Shown one piece after another: positions 62,737 through 64,000 of a stretch of DNA of 64,000 nt. Every line of letters starts with the position of its first letter. The first letter of the stretch is position 1. Under the pieces are notes generated by a model. It worked only from the letters and a program-made list of their open reading frames with translations. It was not told where the DNA came from and did no database searches. This DNA comes from Lytechinus pictus (Eukaryota): assembly GCF_037042905.1 (NCBI RefSeq), contig NC_087251.1, positions 25,792,001 to 25,856,000 of the forward strand. The letters are read 5' to 3'. Made by a program: the position numbers and the translations under genes.

Positions 62737-64000
62737 CAGATGTTGATTAAACATTCCATTTTTAGAGTGTTATTGATATTCAGACCTGAAAACTGAAGAA
62801 TTTAGGCACTTAATAAATCACAGTCAGTATCCTTGCTTAACTGAATACCTAATGCCGTAATGCGAGTCCGAGTCCCGAGCTGAAAGTTTATTTCGGCCTA
62901 CATGTATACAGAACCTAACCCGAAAATGAGCGTTTTACATTATGCACTGTTAATTTTGACATTATGAAGAGGATACGTTTCTCAGTAAATGAAAAAAATT
63001 ATATACGAGCTCAATGCGCGAGCGTACATTTTTTTACCTAAGAACTTAACGCACTCTTTGGTAATCATGTAGAGAAGCCTTTCTAACAATCAACGCGAGC
63101 GTGATATATATACGAACTGAATTTTTCATATACTGAGATTTAATAAGGGACATTTCAGGAACTGTTTCTTGGGGTCATCAAGAGGACACTAATTATATCA
63201 CTAATCACAAGTAATGCGAGCGCGAGCTTATTTTTTATATTCAGACATAAAAACTGAACTTTCAAACAACTTGAGAAAAGTTCTGGTGAAGGGCTGGCTT
63301 GATGAAAATCCGTCAATTAAGAATAACCGAGTTATGAATTAAAAAATATTAGATTAAATAAAAAGATAAATAGATAATGAATTAATAAATAATTAAAGAT
63401 ATAAATAAATAAATAACTGATGCCCAAGCGTCCAAATGGGGGAAGGGGAAGGTTGGGGCTACAAGCCCCCCCCCCAAAAAAAAAGTTCCACGACCGAAAG
63501 GAAAATAAAGAGGGATAGTGACAGAAGATATGTTAAAACTTAAAAGCTTTCACAAAATGAGTTTCAATTTTAAAAGTTAAAATTTTGGCTCGATTTATAA
63601 ATCCCCTGTGCGACATATTTACCCCTTAATCGTTTTTTTTTCTTACTCATATACGCCAATCGACGCCAATATGCATTATGATTTAAGTGTCCTTCATTTT
63701 GTCCGAATATAGTCACCAAATTGTAAATTTTAGATTCCTGATCTCATCTTTCAAACAGTCTTAACTTTGTTATTCATACTGATCCTATTATTTTCTAATT
63801 TATCTAATTAATGTCCACTCCTACATACACAGATGTTCCAGTACATGTTCGTTAATCCGGAGGTGTTTGTTAATTTCGAAAACGAAATCCTCCTGTAGCC
63901 ATGGTAGCGCCGCCCCTGATAGTCCTAATATAGCCAATTTGACCCAAAATTTTAACTGCACAAAGTCTTACAAAATATTGTTCAGAGGTTTAAAGCTGAA

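Noticed and set aside
58200-64000. Additional gene upstream of SPDYA (for example PPP1CB, as in human)
   Set aside because: No recognisable exon. The region consists of MITEs and low-complexity repeats.

Overview
AT-rich, intron-rich animal genomic DNA with one N-gap (636-832). Gene content and repeat style suggest an invertebrate deuterostome, probably a sea urchin (inference). I reconstructed four complete spliced genes by hand from GT-AG junctions and reading-frame phase, plus the last exon of a fifth. (1) Terminal exon of an upstream + strand gene, 4304-4420. (2) ZFYVE21, - strand, 7 coding exons, 241 aa. (3) An unrecognised secreted protein of about 374 aa, - strand, 4 coding exons, ending in a Cys-rich domain with a phospholipase-A2-like 'WGCCG...CxxHDxxC' signature. 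(4) TRMT61B, + strand, head-to-head with gene 3, about 509 aa. (5) Speedy/RINGO (SPDYA-like), - strand, 6 exons, 321 aa, tail-to-tail with TRMT61B as in human. The rest is a dense set of non-autonomous elements: Kolobok/T2-like TTAA MITEs, Tc1-like TA MITEs, hAT MITEs with 8-bp TSDs, Harbinger-like hairpin MITEs, Helentron-like tandem-repeat elements, a foldback element, a tRNA-derived SINE and two decayed LINE RT fragments, one with nested insertions. Nearly all short ORFs in the supplied track are spurious. There are no prokaryotic-type systems (CRISPR etc.). The best novelty candidate is the secreted PLA2-like protein. The best evolutionary signal is the TRMT61B-SPDYA linkage.
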